A DNA stretch of 32,000 bases from Patescibacteria group bacterium (GCA_041649575.1 JBAZMW010000003.1:90001-122000); one strand, 5' to 3'. Counted from the first letter of the stretch, positions 6,368-16,062 are shown. Notes: generated by a model not told the origin, from the sequence alone. Numbers and translations are program-made.

Positions 6368-6907
6368 TTATTTGCCAGCGGTTTTGCCGGCTTTGCGCCG
6401 CACCAATTCGCCGACATATCTGATACCACTACCTTTATAAGGCTCTGGTTTTTTTATTCTTCTGATCTGAGCGGCCACTTCGCCAACCAACTGTTTGTCG
6501 ATACTAGAAACTGTAATAACATTGCCTTCGATTTTGGCCTCGACACCATTAGGGATATTATATTCTACTGGATGAGAAAAGCCAACATTTAGAATTATCT
6601 TTCTGCCACTAAGAGCGGCCTTATAGCCAATGCCGTTAATTTCCAGGCCCTTAGAAAAGCCGACCGTCACACCAAGAATCATATTTTTAATTAAACTGCC
6701 GAACAATCCCCACAAAGCGCGCTGGTTTTTGTCGTTTTCATTTTTAACTTTTAAGCTAATGCCCTCGGCGCCAATCTCAAGACTAACCAAGCGATGCAGT
6801 TCTTGTTTTAATTCGCCCTTAGGGCCTTTCACAGTCAGAACGCCGCTGTCGTTTTTAACCTCAACGCCAACCGGAATTTTTATTAATTGTTTACCAATTC
6901 TGCTCAT
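6368..6907 (-). CDS. rplF: 50S ribosomal protein L6
   Basis: The canonical MSRIGKQLIKIPVGVEV start at the ATG at 6907 avoids overlap with rpsH. The ORF track extends to 6925. Confidence 0.95.
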   Translation of the reverse strand: MSRIGKQLIKIPVGVEVKNDSGVLTVKGPKGELKQELHRLVSLEIGAEGISLKVKNENDKNQRALWGLFGSLIKNMILGVTVGFSKGLEINGIGYKAALSGRKIILNVGFSHPVEYNIPNGVEAKIEGNVITVSSIDKQLVGEVAAQIRRIKKPEPYKGSGIRYVGELVRRKAGKTAGK

Positions 6908-6911
6908 ATTT

Positions 6912-7310
6912 TTAATAAATTTCACAAATTATCTCGCCGCCCAAGCCAGCTTTTTTGGCTTCATCGCCAGTCATCAATCCTCGAGAGGTGGAAATAATTG
7001 ATATTCCTAAACCATTTAAGACTCTGGGCAACTTATCTTTAGCGGCATAAACCCGCTTGCCAGGCTTGGAAATCTTTTTCAGACTGGTAATGGCCGGCTT
7101 GGAATCCTCGTACTTCAAGCTCACCATGAGACCGCCGAATTTGCTGTCAGCCCCCGGCTTGATCTCTTCGAAGCTTTCAATCAGTCCTCGTTTCTTAAAA
7201 ATTTTTATCATTTCCAGCTTGATTTTGGAAAAAGGAATATAGACCTCCGTCTTTTTAACTTTGGAGGCATTCCTGATTCTAGTTAACATGTCAGCTATAG
7301 GATCGGTCAT
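6912..7310 (-). CDS. rpsH: 30S ribosomal protein S8
   Basis: MTDPIADMLTRIRNA... is the classic S8 N terminus. Confidence 0.97.
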   Translation of the reverse strand: MTDPIADMLTRIRNASKVKKTEVYIPFSKIKLEMIKIFKKRGLIESFEEIKPGADSKFGGLMVSLKYEDSKPAITSLKKISKPGKRVYAAKDKLPRVLNGLGISIISTSRGLMTGDEAKKAGLGGEIICEIY

Positions 7311-7333
7311 ATAAAATTAAAATTAAATTTATT

Positions 7334-7519
7334 TTACCAGGAAGACTTACTTACCCCGGGAATCTGGCCATTATTGGCTAATTCGCGAAAACAAATACGG
7401 CAGAGTTTAAACTTCCTCATATAACCGTGTCTACGGCCGCAACGCCAGCAACGGTTAACAATACGGGTGGAAAATTTCCTTTTTTTATTCGATTTTGCTC
7501 TTTGCGCTTGTGTCGCCAT
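7334..7519 (-). CDS. rpsN: 30S ribosomal protein S14, short zinc-binding (type Z) form
   Basis: 61 aa with [23 protein letters not shown] (CxxC...CxxC) and a ...SW C terminus. Confidence 0.95.
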   Translation of the reverse strand: MATQAQRAKSNKKRKFSTRIVNRCWRCGRRHGYMRKFKLCRICFRELANNGQIPGVSKSSW

Positions 7520-7530
7520 ATAAAAAATTA

Positions 7531-8079
7531 TTAACTTTTCTTCTGGAAGGGAAACCCTAATAACCTAAACAATTCCACGCCCTCGGCCTGAGTCTGGGCG
7601 GTAGTAGTGACGGCGATTTCCAATCCGTGTATTTTTTCGACCTCATCAGACTTAATTTCCGGAAAAACATTATGCTCTTTAAAGCCCAAATTTAAATTGC
7701 CACGCTGATCGACATTCTTAAGCGGCAAGCCGCGAAAATCACGAATTCTGGGAATGGCGATATTGATCAGCTTATCCAAAAAATCGTACATTCTATTGCC
7801 TCTTAAGGTAACTTTTACTCCCACCACCATGTTTTCTCTTATTTTAAAGGCGGAGATGGCTTGGCGGGCCTTGGTACGGACTGGTTTTTGGCCTGTAATT
7901 CGTATGATGTTTTTCTCGACATTTTCCAAATAACCACTGTCGGTGTTTCGAGAATTAATGCCCACATTAATAGTGACCTTTTCGATTCTGGGTACGGCCA
8001 GTTTATTTTTAAAACCAAACTTTTCCTGCATGGCCGGAATTACTTCGGTTTGATATTTTTTGGCTAATCTGGTTTTCAT
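7531..8079 (-). CDS. rplE: 50S ribosomal protein L5
   Basis: 182 aa with L5-like sequence (...[13 protein letters not shown]..., ...[18 protein letters not shown]...), between L24 and S14. Confidence 0.96.
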   Translation of the reverse strand: MKTRLAKKYQTEVIPAMQEKFGFKNKLAVPRIEKVTINVGINSRNTDSGYLENVEKNIIRITGQKPVRTKARQAISAFKIRENMVVGVKVTLRGNRMYDFLDKLINIAIPRIRDFRGLPLKNVDQRGNLNLGFKEHNVFPEIKSDEVEKIHGLEIAVTTTAQTQAEGVELFRLLGFPFQKKS

Positions 8080-8083
8080 ATTT

Positions 8084-8422
8084 TTAGATAACTTCTTTGC
8101 ACTTTTGACAAACTCTGCTTTTTATAATTTTTTGATTGTTGTTGTCCGGCGCCGCTTCCACTTTTGTTAATTTGAAACCAACACGAGTCGGACGGCCGCA
8201 TTTGGTACAAATCAAGGCGACATTGGAAACATCCAAAGGAGCGGGAAACTGAATTCTTTGGCCTTTTTCGCCTTGTCTTTTGGCTCGTTGATGCTTAATC
8301 ATCAGATTTAGGCCTTCGATCACTATCTTTTTTTCTTCAACTAAAACCTGCAAGACCTTGCCAGTTTTGCCCTTATCCTTGCCAGTTAGAATTTTAACTT
8401 TATCGCCAGCTTTTATTTTCAT
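8084..8422 (-). CDS. rplX: 50S ribosomal protein L24 (with C-terminal CxxC...CxxC zinc ribbon)
   Basis: KOW motif MKIKAGDKVKILTGKDKGKTGKVLQV, plus CTKCGRPTRVGF...VCQKCKEVI. Confidence 0.95.
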   Translation of the reverse strand: MKIKAGDKVKILTGKDKGKTGKVLQVLVEEKKIVIEGLNLMIKHQRAKRQGEKGQRIQFPAPLDVSNVALICTKCGRPTRVGFKLTKVEAAPDNNNQKIIKSRVCQKCKEVI

Positions 8423-8433
8423 ATAATTATTAT

Positions 8434-8805
8434 TTATAAAACCTCCGGGGCCAAAGAAATAATTTTTTGGTAGCCCAAGTTTCTCAATTCTCTGGCTACT
8501 GGTCCAAAAATCCGAGTGCCTTTCATATCTTTGTTTTTGGTATCAATAATTACAGCGGCATTATCATCAAAACGGATATAAGAACCATCGGATCGTCTAA
8601 CTTCTTTTTTGGTCCGCACCAACACCGCGTGAACCACATCGCCCTTTTTGACCATACTGTGAGGCGTAGCTTCCTTGATAGAGGCAGTGACCACTTCGCC
8701 TAAACGGGCATAACGTTTTCTATAACCGCCTAAAACCTTGATCACCATTAACTTTTTTGCGCCCGTATTATCAGCCGATTTTAAAATTGATCTAGTTTGA
8801 ACCAT
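8434..8805 (-). CDS. rplN: 50S ribosomal protein L14
   Basis: [27 protein letters not shown]... Confidence 0.97.
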   Translation of the reverse strand: MVQTRSILKSADNTGAKKLMVIKVLGGYRKRYARLGEVVTASIKEATPHSMVKKGDVVHAVLVRTKKEVRRSDGSYIRFDDNAAVIIDTKNKDMKGTRIFGPVARELRNLGYQKIISLAPEVL

Positions 8806-8806
8806 A

Positions 8807-9061
8807 TTATTTGTAAATTACCCTAAACTTTTTATCTTTGCTTAGGGGGCGGCACTGAACAAACTCGACAGTATTACCAACCTGATACTGGCCTTTCGGG
8901 TCATGCACTTTGTACTTTTTACTGACTCGATATCTCTTTTGATAGCGGGGATGCAACTTGAAACGATCAACTCTCACCACGATAGTTTTGGCCATCTTGG
9001 CAGAAACCACTTCTCCGGAAAATTTTCTCTTCATTGACTTTTTTTCAGATTCTAAAGACAT
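8807..9061 (-). CDS. rpsQ: 30S ribosomal protein S17
   Basis: ...[29 protein letters not shown]... Confidence 0.95.
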   Translation of the reverse strand: MSLESEKKSMKRKFSGEVVSAKMAKTIVVRVDRFKLHPRYQKRYRVSKKYKVHDPKGQYQVGNTVEFVQCRPLSKDKKFRVIYK

Positions 9062-9074
9062 ATAATTAACTTTA

Positions 9075-9260
9075 TTACTTTTTTTCTCTTAAAACCGTGA
9101 GAACCTTGGCGATATTGCGCCTGGTCGCCCTAATCTCTCGGATATTTTTTATTTGCTTCTGTTTAACCTTGAAATTTAAATCGTCAAACTTATGACGCAA
9201 CTCTTTAAGCAGCTGGTCAAGCTCACTAACCGATTTAGTTCTAATTTCTTTTATTTTCAT
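9075..9260 (-). CDS. rpmC: 50S ribosomal protein L29
   Basis: 61-aa helical protein MKIKEIRTKSVSELDQLLKELRHKFDDLNFK... between L16 and S17. Confidence 0.93.
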   Translation of the reverse strand: MKIKEIRTKSVSELDQLLKELRHKFDDLNFKVKQKQIKNIREIRATRRNIAKVLTVLREKK

Positions 9261-9262
9261 GG

Positions 9263-9670
9263 CTAATTTTTGACGATAAATTTAGTTTTAATAGGAAATT
9301 TGTAGGCTGCCAACTCCAAGGCCTCTTTGGCCTTAGCTTCAGGGAGACCGTCCATCTCCAATATCACTGTTCCAGGCCTAACTACGGCCACATAATATTC
9401 CGGCACCCCCTTGCCGCCACCCATGGTTGCCTGGGTGCCTTTGGCAGAAATCGAGCGATGTGGGAAAATTCTGATCCATAATTTACCGCCTTTTTTGACC
9501 GAACGGGAAATCACCCTTCTGGCCGCTTCTATTTGCGTGGCTTTGATCCAGCCACCCGTAACCGCCTTCAGGCCATAATCGCCAAAAGCCAGTTCCTTAT
9601 TACCACTAGCCAAACCGCGAACATCGGGTCGGTGATATTTTCTTCTTTTTAACTTTTTGGGGGCTAACAT
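9263..9670 (-). CDS. rplP: 50S ribosomal protein L16
   Basis: MLAPKKLKRRKYHRPDVRGLA...IEAARRVISR... Confidence 0.96.
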   Translation of the reverse strand: MLAPKKLKRRKYHRPDVRGLASGNKELAFGDYGLKAVTGGWIKATQIEAARRVISRSVKKGGKLWIRIFPHRSISAKGTQATMGGGKGVPEYYVAVVRPGTVILEMDGLPEAKAKEALELAAYKFPIKTKFIVKN

Positions 9671-9680
9671 ATATTAAAAT

Positions 9681-10382
9681 TTATTTTTTTGTTTTAGCGA
9701 CTTTGTTTTTATTGTCTAAAGCTTCCTGGTCGAAAATTTCACCTTTATAAATCCAAACTTTGACACCAATCTTACCATAAATGGTCTGGGCGGCGCCGCG
9801 ACAATAATCGATATCGGCACGCAAAGTGTGCAAAGGAATTTTTCCAGAAAAAAGAGTTTCTCTACGGGCGATTTCCGCACCGTTCAAGCGACCCGAAACT
9901 ATAATCTTAATGCCTTTGGCACCAGCCTTTTCCACTCGGCCGATAGCCTGCTTTACGGCTCGACGAAAAGGAATTCTTTTTTCCAAATCAGCAATAACTT
10001 GTTGCATAACCACTGAAGAATCCAAGGCCGGACGTTCTATTTCTAAAATATTGATATTAATGGTTTTGATTCCTCTTTTCCGGCTAAAACTATCTTTCAA
10101 AAATTTATTATGAATTTCTTTTTTTAACTCTTCTGCTCCTTGACCGCCACGACCGATAACCAAGCCCGGCTTGGCACAATAAATATTGATACCAAGACCA
10201 TTAGCTGAACGCTCCATATCAACCCTGGAAACACCGGCTGTTTTAAGCTTGTTTATAATAAATTTTCTAACCAAAATATCCTGCCGTAAAAATTCGGAAA
10301 AATTTTTATCAGCAAACCATCTGGAATCCCAGGTTTTATTGATTTTAAGACGGAAAGCTTTTGGATGAACTTTTTGACCCAT
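9681..10382 (-). CDS. rpsC: 30S ribosomal protein S3
   Basis: MGQKVHPKAFRLKINKTWDSRWFA... includes a KH domain and ...GRLNGAEIAR... Confidence 0.97.
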   Translation of the reverse strand: MGQKVHPKAFRLKINKTWDSRWFADKNFSEFLRQDILVRKFIINKLKTAGVSRVDMERSANGLGINIYCAKPGLVIGRGGQGAEELKKEIHNKFLKDSFSRKRGIKTININILEIERPALDSSVVMQQVIADLEKRIPFRRAVKQAIGRVEKAGAKGIKIIVSGRLNGAEIARRETLFSGKIPLHTLRADIDYCRGAAQTIYGKIGVKVWIYKGEIFDQEALDNKNKVAKTKK

Positions 10383-10388
10383 AATATT

Positions 10389-10925
10389 TTATTTTTGGCC
10401 CGATCTTCTATTAAGTATTCTTTTGACAAATCCTTTTGAGGATTTGGAAGAAGTGCTTTTGTCGGCTAAACCGGCCGATTTTTCTTCTTTGGCTTTATCG
10501 GACTTTTTTAATTCTTCCCAATCGTCAACTTTTATTATATCATCATTTTTACTTTCTTTTTTCTTTATTTCTTCTTTTTTAACCTCGGTGGGTACCCGTT
10601 CTGACAAGGTTAGAATAATATGCGAAGAACCCTTTCTTATCGGCGTAGCGCGGCCAAAGGCCCTGGGAGCCCAACGCTTTAAGACTGGGCCTTCATCAAC
10701 CTTAATCTCTTTAATAAACAAATTATTTCTTTTTAATTTATTATTTTCTTCGGCATTACTGATGGCCGACTTGAGCAATTTAGCAATCGGCTCGGCTGCC
10801 GCTTTGGTGCTAAACTTTAATTGTACCAGAGCCGCTTCCACGTCCAAACCCCTAATCAGATTGGCAACCAGCCTGATCTTTTTGGGTGACCTGCGAATAA
10901 ATCTTGCCTTGGCTCGTGTTTCCAT
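10389..10925 (-). CDS. rplV: 50S ribosomal protein L22 with a C-terminal Lys/Glu-rich extension of about 60 aa
   Basis: METRAKARFIRRSPKKIRLVANLIRG... is the L22 core. It is followed by ...EVKKEEIKKKESKNDD...KAKEEKSAGLADKSTSSKSSKGF... Confidence 0.94.
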   Translation of the reverse strand: METRAKARFIRRSPKKIRLVANLIRGLDVEAALVQLKFSTKAAAEPIAKLLKSAISNAEENNKLKRNNLFIKEIKVDEGPVLKRWAPRAFGRATPIRKGSSHIILTLSERVPTEVKKEEIKKKESKNDDIIKVDDWEELKKSDKAKEEKSAGLADKSTSSKSSKGFVKRILNRRSGQK

Positions 10926-10934
10926 AAATTATAA

Positions 10935-11234
10935 TTATTTAGCAGCTTCTTTTTTATCTTGATCAATCGCCTTTTGAATCTTACCGCCATGTTTGATAAA
11001 TTTCCTGGTTGGTGAAAATTCGCCGAGCTTATGTCCAACCATATTTTCCAGAACAAAAACGTTAAGATGCTCTCTGCCGTTATGAACACCAAAAGTAAAG
11101 CCTACCATTTCAGGAGTAATAGTACAGTCGCGCGCCCAGGTTTTTATCACTGTTTTATCCCCTTTTTTGAGCTGGCTCAATTTTTTCAGAATCTTCTGAT
11201 CGATATAGGGACCCTTTTTAAGACTTCGGGACAT
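10935..11234 (-). CDS. rpsS: 30S ribosomal protein S19
   Basis: Canonical [18 protein letters not shown] start at the ATG at 11234. The track ORF extends upstream into rplB. Confidence 0.95.
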   Translation of the reverse strand: MSRSLKKGPYIDQKILKKLSQLKKGDKTVIKTWARDCTITPEMVGFTFGVHNGREHLNVFVLENMVGHKLGEFSPTRKFIKHGGKIQKAIDQDKKEAAK

Positions 11235-11238
11235 AAAT

Positions 11239-12090
11239 TTAATTACTTTTACGATTTTTATTTTTTCTGCGAACCAGAATAAAGCGATCTGATTTTTTGC
11301 CATCTTTTCTGGTCTTAACACCTAAAGCGGGTTTGCCCCACGGAGTTTTAGGATGAGTTAAGCCGATAGGATTATGACCTTCGCCACCGCCGTGCGGATG
11401 ATCAACCGGATTCATGGCTTTGCCGCGAACTGTTGGCTTAATGCCACGATGTCTCATGCGACCAGCCTTGCCCCAACGGATATTTTTGAAATCCTGATTG
11501 CTGACCGATCCGATAGTAGCCAATGACTTACCCGAAACTAAGCGAACTTCTCCAGAAGGCAGCTTCAGCTGGGCATAACCGTTGTCGATACCCATCAAAT
11601 AAACGCTATTGCCGGCGCTTCTGGCCAGCTGACCGCCCTTGCCCGGTACCAGCTCTACATTATAAACAAACATACCCGGAGGAATCAACTCTAACGGCAT
11701 TGAATTACCCGGCTGGAAATCAACGATTTTTTGAGAGCTGACAACCAAATCGCCTATTTTTAATTCTTGTGGCGCTACGATGTAAGACTTTTGACCGTCT
11801 CGATAATACAACAAAGCAATACGACAGTTTCTATTAGGATCATATTCAATGGCCGCCACTTGGGCCGGGATATCAAATTTATCTCTTTTATAATCAATGA
11901 TTCTGATTTTTTTCTTGGCCCCACCGCCCTGATGACGAACAGTGATCTTGCCCTGATGGTTACGACCAGCTCGATTTTTACCGGAAACAATTAGTCGCTT
12001 CTCTGGCTTTTTTTTGACAAGGTCATGACTGGTCAGAACCGAAGTTTGACGTCTGGCGGGGGTGGTTGGTTTATAAATTCTTATTGCCAT
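11239..12090 (-). CDS. rplB: 50S ribosomal protein L2
   Basis: [18 protein letters not shown]...[13 protein letters not shown]... Confidence 0.97.
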   Translation of the reverse strand: MAIRIYKPTTPARRQTSVLTSHDLVKKKPEKRLIVSGKNRAGRNHQGKITVRHQGGGAKKKIRIIDYKRDKFDIPAQVAAIEYDPNRNCRIALLYYRDGQKSYIVAPQELKIGDLVVSSQKIVDFQPGNSMPLELIPPGMFVYNVELVPGKGGQLARSAGNSVYLMGIDNGYAQLKLPSGEVRLVSGKSLATIGSVSNQDFKNIRWGKAGRMRHRGIKPTVRGKAMNPVDHPHGGGEGHNPIGLTHPKTPWGKPALGVKTRKDGKKSDRFILVRRKNKNRKSN

Positions 12091-12098
12091 AAAATTAT

Positions 12099-12617
12099 TT
12101 AGACTCCTTCCTGAATTTCTATTGATTTACCGGCTGGAAAAGTAATAATTGCTTTCTTCCAATTCTTGGTCTGCCCTGAAGTTCTGCCATAACGGACCTT
12201 TTTGCCTTTGTTATTTAAGATATTAATACTTAAGGGTTTAACGCCATAGCGCGACTCGATTGCCTGAGCTACCTGAATCTTATTGGCCGAAACTTCTACT
12301 TTAAAAACATACTGATTGGAACCGGTTAAATAATTGGCTTTCTCGGTGATTAGGGGTTTGACTAAAACGCCGTGCAAGTCTTTGTTTGCCCAAGTCTTTG
12401 CTTCTTTGGGTTTATCTTCCTTTTTTGTCAAGACTAATTCTTTCTTTTGATCTTTTTCTTTTTTGTCCTTAGGCGCCAATGGCTTTTCTAAACGCACAAC
12501 TCGATCAGCCTCACTGCCTTTAACGGCTTTGGCGACTGTTGCTTCTTTTTCGTCTTTCTGAGTCTTTAATTTTTTTAATTTATTGAAAATTCCCATATGA
12601 ACATTATTTAATTGCAT
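12099..12617 (-). CDS. rplW: 50S ribosomal protein L23 with an N-terminal Lys/Glu-rich extension of about 75 aa
   Basis: The L23 core is [17 protein letters not shown]...[19 protein letters not shown]. The start is ambiguous: the ATG at 12617 overlaps rplD by 14 nt, and the ATG at 12596 lies 7 nt after the rplD stop. Confidence 0.9.
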   Translation of the reverse strand: MQLNNVHMGIFNKLKKLKTQKDEKEATVAKAVKGSEADRVVRLEKPLAPKDKKEKDQKKELVLTKKEDKPKEAKTWANKDLHGVLVKPLITEKANYLTGSNQYVFKVEVSANKIQVAQAIESRYGVKPLSINILNNKGKKVRYGRTSGQTKNWKKAIITFPAGKSIEIQEGV

Positions 12618-13284
12618 CGGCTGATTTCAAAGCCACCTGGCGATAATGCTTGTCTATCCTGCTAACAGCTTCTTCTGAAAGCAATAAGGTATCGTATTTT
12701 AAAACATCGACACAATTTAAACTATCGGCTAAAATCGTGTTGACATTCTTCAGATTTAGAGCGGCTTTAATGCTTTTTTGATCGTTATTGTTTAAAATCA
12801 AGAGAAATTTTTTGCTGTCTTTTAATTCACTAATTTTATTTTTTAACTGTTTGAGCTGGTTGGCCAAATCTTTGGTCTTGCCCGATTCTACAGCCAATTT
12901 ATCAAAGACTAAAAAGCTACCGCTACCAATTTTATCCGAAAGACACATAGCCAAGGCCAACTGCTTCTGTTTCTTATTGATTTTCTGGGAAAAATTTCGA
13001 TCTTTCCGAGGGCCAAAGGTTATGCCGCCACCCTTCCATAAGGGCGAACGAATGGAGCCGTGACGAGCCCGTCCCGTCCCCTTTTGGCGCCAAGGTTTTT
13101 TGCCACCACCCTTAACTTCGCCTCGAGTCTTAGTGTGAGCCAAAACCTGACGAGCATTGGCTAACTGCGCCACTACAACCTGATGCACCACTTCCGGCTT
13201 AACTTTGACGCCAAAAATCCTGGAGCTTAATTCTAGCTCTTTGATTTTTTCACCGCTTGAGTTGTAAACCGGAACCTTTATCAT
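12604..13284 (-). CDS. rplD: 50S ribosomal protein L4
   Basis: ...GGGKKPWRQKGTGRARHGSIRSPLWKGGGITFGP... Confidence 0.97.
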   Translation of the reverse strand: MIKVPVYNSSGEKIKELELSSRIFGVKVKPEVVHQVVVAQLANARQVLAHTKTRGEVKGGGKKPWRQKGTGRARHGSIRSPLWKGGGITFGPRKDRNFSQKINKKQKQLALAMCLSDKIGSGSFLVFDKLAVESGKTKDLANQLKQLKNKISELKDSKKFLLILNNNDQKSIKAALNLKNVNTILADSLNCVDVLKYDTLLLSEEAVSRIDKHYRQVALKSADAIK

Positions 13285-13301
13285 AATTATTAAAACAAAT
13301 T

Positions 13302-14045
13302 TTATTCTGTTTTGATTGTCTCTTCTTCGGTGGTTTTATTGTTTTCGACCGCCGGTTCTTTGATTTCTTCAATAGGCGCGGATTCTTTTGGGACAACTTC
13401 TTGTGGGATAACTTCTTGATCCAATTCTATTTTCCCAGGCCCGCTGATCAAAAGCAGGCTATTTCTGGTTCCCGGTACCGCCCCTTTTATATATAAAATA
13501 TTTTTTGATTCGTCGGTTTCTATAATCTCCAAACCCTTGACCGTCACTTGGTTTCCCCCCAGCCGCCCAGGCATACGCATATCCTTGAAAACCCGCTGTA
13601 CGCCGCCGGCGCCAATGGAACCAGGCATCCTCAACTGATCCTTGTGGCCGTGAGTGGCCGGACTGCCATGAAAACCATGACGTTTGACTACCCCCTGAAA
13701 ACCGCGTCCCTTGGAAACACCTGAGACCTGGACTTTATCGCCAGCTTTAAAAAGATTTACTGTTAGTCTATCGCCACGTTTCAATTCTCCAACTTCATCG
13801 CCAGTCATTGCAAACTCCCTAATGGTCTTGACCGATTCAATACCTTTTAAGTGGCCGGCTTGCGGTTTCTTGGGCTTTTTGCTAGCGCCAAAACCAACCT
13901 GAACAGCGCTATAACCGTCTTTAGAGAGCATCTTTATCTGAGTAATAATATTGGGTTGAGCCAACACCGCAGTAACCGGAACGACATTGCCGTCGGCCCG
14001 GAAAACCTGGGTCATCTCTAATTTTTTGCCTAAGATAAATTTCAT
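13302..14045 (-). CDS. rplC: 50S ribosomal protein L3 with an acidic C-terminal tail of about 40 aa
   Basis: MKFILGKKLEMTQVF...GVSKGRGFQGVVKRHGF... with tail ...ELDQEVIPQEVVPKESAPIEEIKEPAVENNKTTEEETIKTE. Confidence 0.96.
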   Translation of the reverse strand: MKFILGKKLEMTQVFRADGNVVPVTAVLAQPNIITQIKMLSKDGYSAVQVGFGASKKPKKPQAGHLKGIESVKTIREFAMTGDEVGELKRGDRLTVNLFKAGDKVQVSGVSKGRGFQGVVKRHGFHGSPATHGHKDQLRMPGSIGAGGVQRVFKDMRMPGRLGGNQVTVKGLEIIETDESKNILYIKGAVPGTRNSLLLISGPGKIELDQEVIPQEVVPKESAPIEEIKEPAVENNKTTEEETIKTE

Positions 14046-14086
14046 TTTCTAAAAAATAAAAATCTGGTTATATCTTAAAAACCAGA
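14046..14086 (-). promoter_or_regulatory. Terminator-like hairpin plus U-tract abutting the rplC start codon (candidate attenuator)
   Basis: The minus-strand RNA reads UCUGGUU-UUUAAGAUAU-AACCAGA (14086-14063), followed directly by UUUUUAUUUUUUAGAAA-AUG. Confidence 0.35.
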
Positions 14087-14265
14087 CCTAGAAATTTAAC
14101 GCCACTCGACGTTAAGTAGAAATCTAATTTTTTAAGATATTTGGTCGCTGTTGTTCCTTTATTAATCTACGCCACTGATGGAGGTTTTCCCCAGAAGATC
14201 ATCAGAAACATCTTAGGATCTTTCTCCATTTTTAGTATAGATTTTTAGCTGAAAAAATTTCCAGC

Positions 14266-14304
14266 CCAGTTTTTGTTCCGAATTTGATTCAGAACAAAAA
14301 CTGG
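14266..14304 (-). promoter_or_regulatory. 13-bp perfect hairpin just 3' of rpsJ
   Basis: CCAGTTTTTGTTC (14266-14278) pairs with GAACAAAAACTGG (14292-14304) around a 13-nt loop, 10 nt downstream of the rpsJ stop. A T6 run lies about 10 nt further along the minus strand. Confidence 0.45.
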
Positions 14305-14313
14305 AATAGAAAA

Positions 14314-14658
14314 CTACATTTTTATCTCAATGTTCACTCCGGCCGGCAAACTCAAACTCATTAAAGCGTCTACTGTTTTGCTATCAGGATCAACAATATC
14401 TAAGAGGCGTTTGTGAATCCTCATTTCAAACTGCTCCCGGCTATCCTTATGGACAAAGGTCGAACGATTAACTGTGTATTTTTTATTCTCCGTCGGCAAA
14501 GGAATTGGCCCAACCACCTGAGCGCCACTGCGCTGGCAGGTCTCCATAATTTTTTTAACAGAACTGTCGATGATCTTGTGGTCGTAAGCCTTGATCTTTA
14601 TCCTAATCCTCTGATGAGCCTTGTCATTCTCTTGAGTTGCAGTATTTTTAGTTACCAT
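14314..14658 (-). CDS. rpsJ: 30S ribosomal protein S10
   Basis: ...[41 protein letters not shown]... Confidence 0.96.
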   Translation of the reverse strand: MVTKNTATQENDKAHQRIRIKIKAYDHKIIDSSVKKIMETCQRSGAQVVGPIPLPTENKKYTVNRSTFVHKDSREQFEMRIHKRLLDIVDPDSKTVDALMSLSLPAGVNIEIKM

Positions 14659-14693
14659 TTTTAATTAACAATTATTCTAAATTCGACCGCTTA

Positions 14694-14725
14694 GTAGAGG
14701 CAAGCCCGCCAGGGATTGCCTCTAC
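14694..14725 (-). terminator. Stem-loop between tuf and rpsJ (possible terminator or processing site)
   Basis: 10-bp stem GTAGAGGCAA (14694-14703) with TTGCCTCTAC (14716-14725) and a GC-rich 12-nt loop. No clear U-tract follows on the minus strand. Confidence 0.35.
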
Positions 14726-14739
14726 CGGTCTTTATTGAT

Positions 14740-15930
14740 TTATTTGATAATTTTAGTCACCACGCCAGCGCCGACCGTATGACCGCCTTCACGAATAGAG
14801 AATTTCATCTTTTCTTCCATGGCCACCGATTTGCCTAACTTAATTTTTAAATTATTAACTGTATCGCCTGGCATCACCATCTCGGTGCCTTCCGGTAACT
14901 CGATTTCGCCAGTAACATCGGTTGTCCGAATATAGAATTGCGGTTTGTAGCCTTTGAAGAAAGGCTTGTGCCGGCCACCCTCTTCTTTGCTTAAAATATA
15001 AACCTCGGCTTCGAATTCGGTGTGCGGAGTGATTGATCCTGGTTTGCCTAAGACCTGACCCCTCTCTACCTGATCTTTTCTAGTACCGCGCAAGAGTATG
15101 CCGGCGTTATCACCAGCCATTCCTTCGTTTAGAGATTTATTAAACATTTCTATTCCAGTCACGACTGTTTTTTGAGTATCGGTTAAGCCGACGATCTCCA
15201 CTTCTTCATTTAATTTGATTATACCCCGCTCGATTCTGCCGGTCACTACCGTACCACGGCCTTCAATGGAAAAAACATCTTCTATAGGCATTAAAAAGTC
15301 TCTGTCGGTTGAACGCTGGGGTTGCGGTATATAAGTGTCCAAAGCCTCCATTAACTTCATAATTGGTTCGGCATCAGGACCGTTGGGATTTTCGAGGGCC
15401 TTTAAAGCGGAGCCGCGAATTATCGGAATTTCATCTCCGGGAAATTCATATTTTTTGAGCAAATCTCTAACCTCTTCTTCGACTAAATCAACCAGTGAGG
15501 GATCGTCAACCTGATCAACTTTGTTGATAAAAACAATGATATATGGCACCCCGACTTGCCTGGCCAAAAGAATGTGTTCTCTGGTTTGAGGCATCGGACC
15601 GTCGGTGGCGGCAACAACCAGGATCGCGCCATCCATTTGGGCGGCGCCAGTAATCATGTTCTTTATGTAGTCGGCATGACCCGGACAGTCAACGTGAGCA
15701 TAATGACGTTTTTCTGTTTCATACTCAACATGAGCGGTAGCAATAGTAATACCGCGCGCTTTTTCTTCGGGAGCAGCGTCGATCTGGTCGACACTTTTAT
15801 TTTGGGCCCTTAAGCCCTTGGCGGTTAAAACCTGCAAAATAGCCGCTGTTAAAGTGGTTTTGCCATGATCAACGTGGCCAATAGTACCGACGTTTACATG
15901 TGGTTTGCTTCTGTCAAATTGTTCTGCCAT
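14740..15930 (-). CDS. tuf: Elongation factor Tu
   Basis: [33 protein letters not shown]; 396 aa. Confidence 0.98.
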   Translation of the reverse strand: MAEQFDRSKPHVNVGTIGHVDHGKTTLTAAILQVLTAKGLRAQNKSVDQIDAAPEEKARGITIATAHVEYETEKRHYAHVDCPGHADYIKNMITGAAQMDGAILVVAATDGPMPQTREHILLARQVGVPYIIVFINKVDQVDDPSLVDLVEEEVRDLLKKYEFPGDEIPIIRGSALKALENPNGPDAEPIMKLMEALDTYIPQPQRSTDRDFLMPIEDVFSIEGRGTVVTGRIERGIIKLNEEVEIVGLTDTQKTVVTGIEMFNKSLNEGMAGDNAGILLRGTRKDQVERGQVLGKPGSITPHTEFEAEVYILSKEEGGRHKPFFKGYKPQFYIRTTDVTGEIELPEGTEMVMPGDTVNNLKIKLGKSVAMEEKMKFSIREGGHTVGAGVVTKIIK

Positions 15931-16016
15931 TGTTGTTATCCTTGTTATTGAGACCCTCCGCCCTTGGGAGTTTTAGCCAGGCCTCGCTCTTAATTTATTT
16001 ATTAAAATGTTTAGTT

Positions 16017-16044
16017 ATTATAACACAATATATAAATTTTGCAA
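16017..16044 (-). promoter_or_regulatory. tuf promoter, TTGCAA-16-TGT-TATAAT (extended -10)
   Basis: On the reverse strand the -35 TTGCAA is at 16044-16039 and the -10 TATAAT at 16022-16017, with TG at 16025-16024. It lies about 85 nt upstream of the tuf ATG. Confidence 0.55.
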
Positions 16045-16062
16045 GTCTTTATTTATCTACAA

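Noticed and set aside
8084-8230. CxxC...CxxC zinc ribbon in L24 as a possible novelty
   Set aside because: The same four-cysteine arrangement is known in L24 of Thermus-type ribosomes, so it is an ancestral variant and not new.
14084-14094. Identical 11-mer AGACCTAGAAA in the rplC leader (14084-14094) and the nrdD leader (29368-29378), each next to the A-rich run that forms the leader U-tract
   Set aside because: For 32 kb, about (32000^2/2)/4^11, or roughly 120, same-strand 11-mer coincidences are expected by chance. AT-biased DNA gives more. The flanks do not align further.
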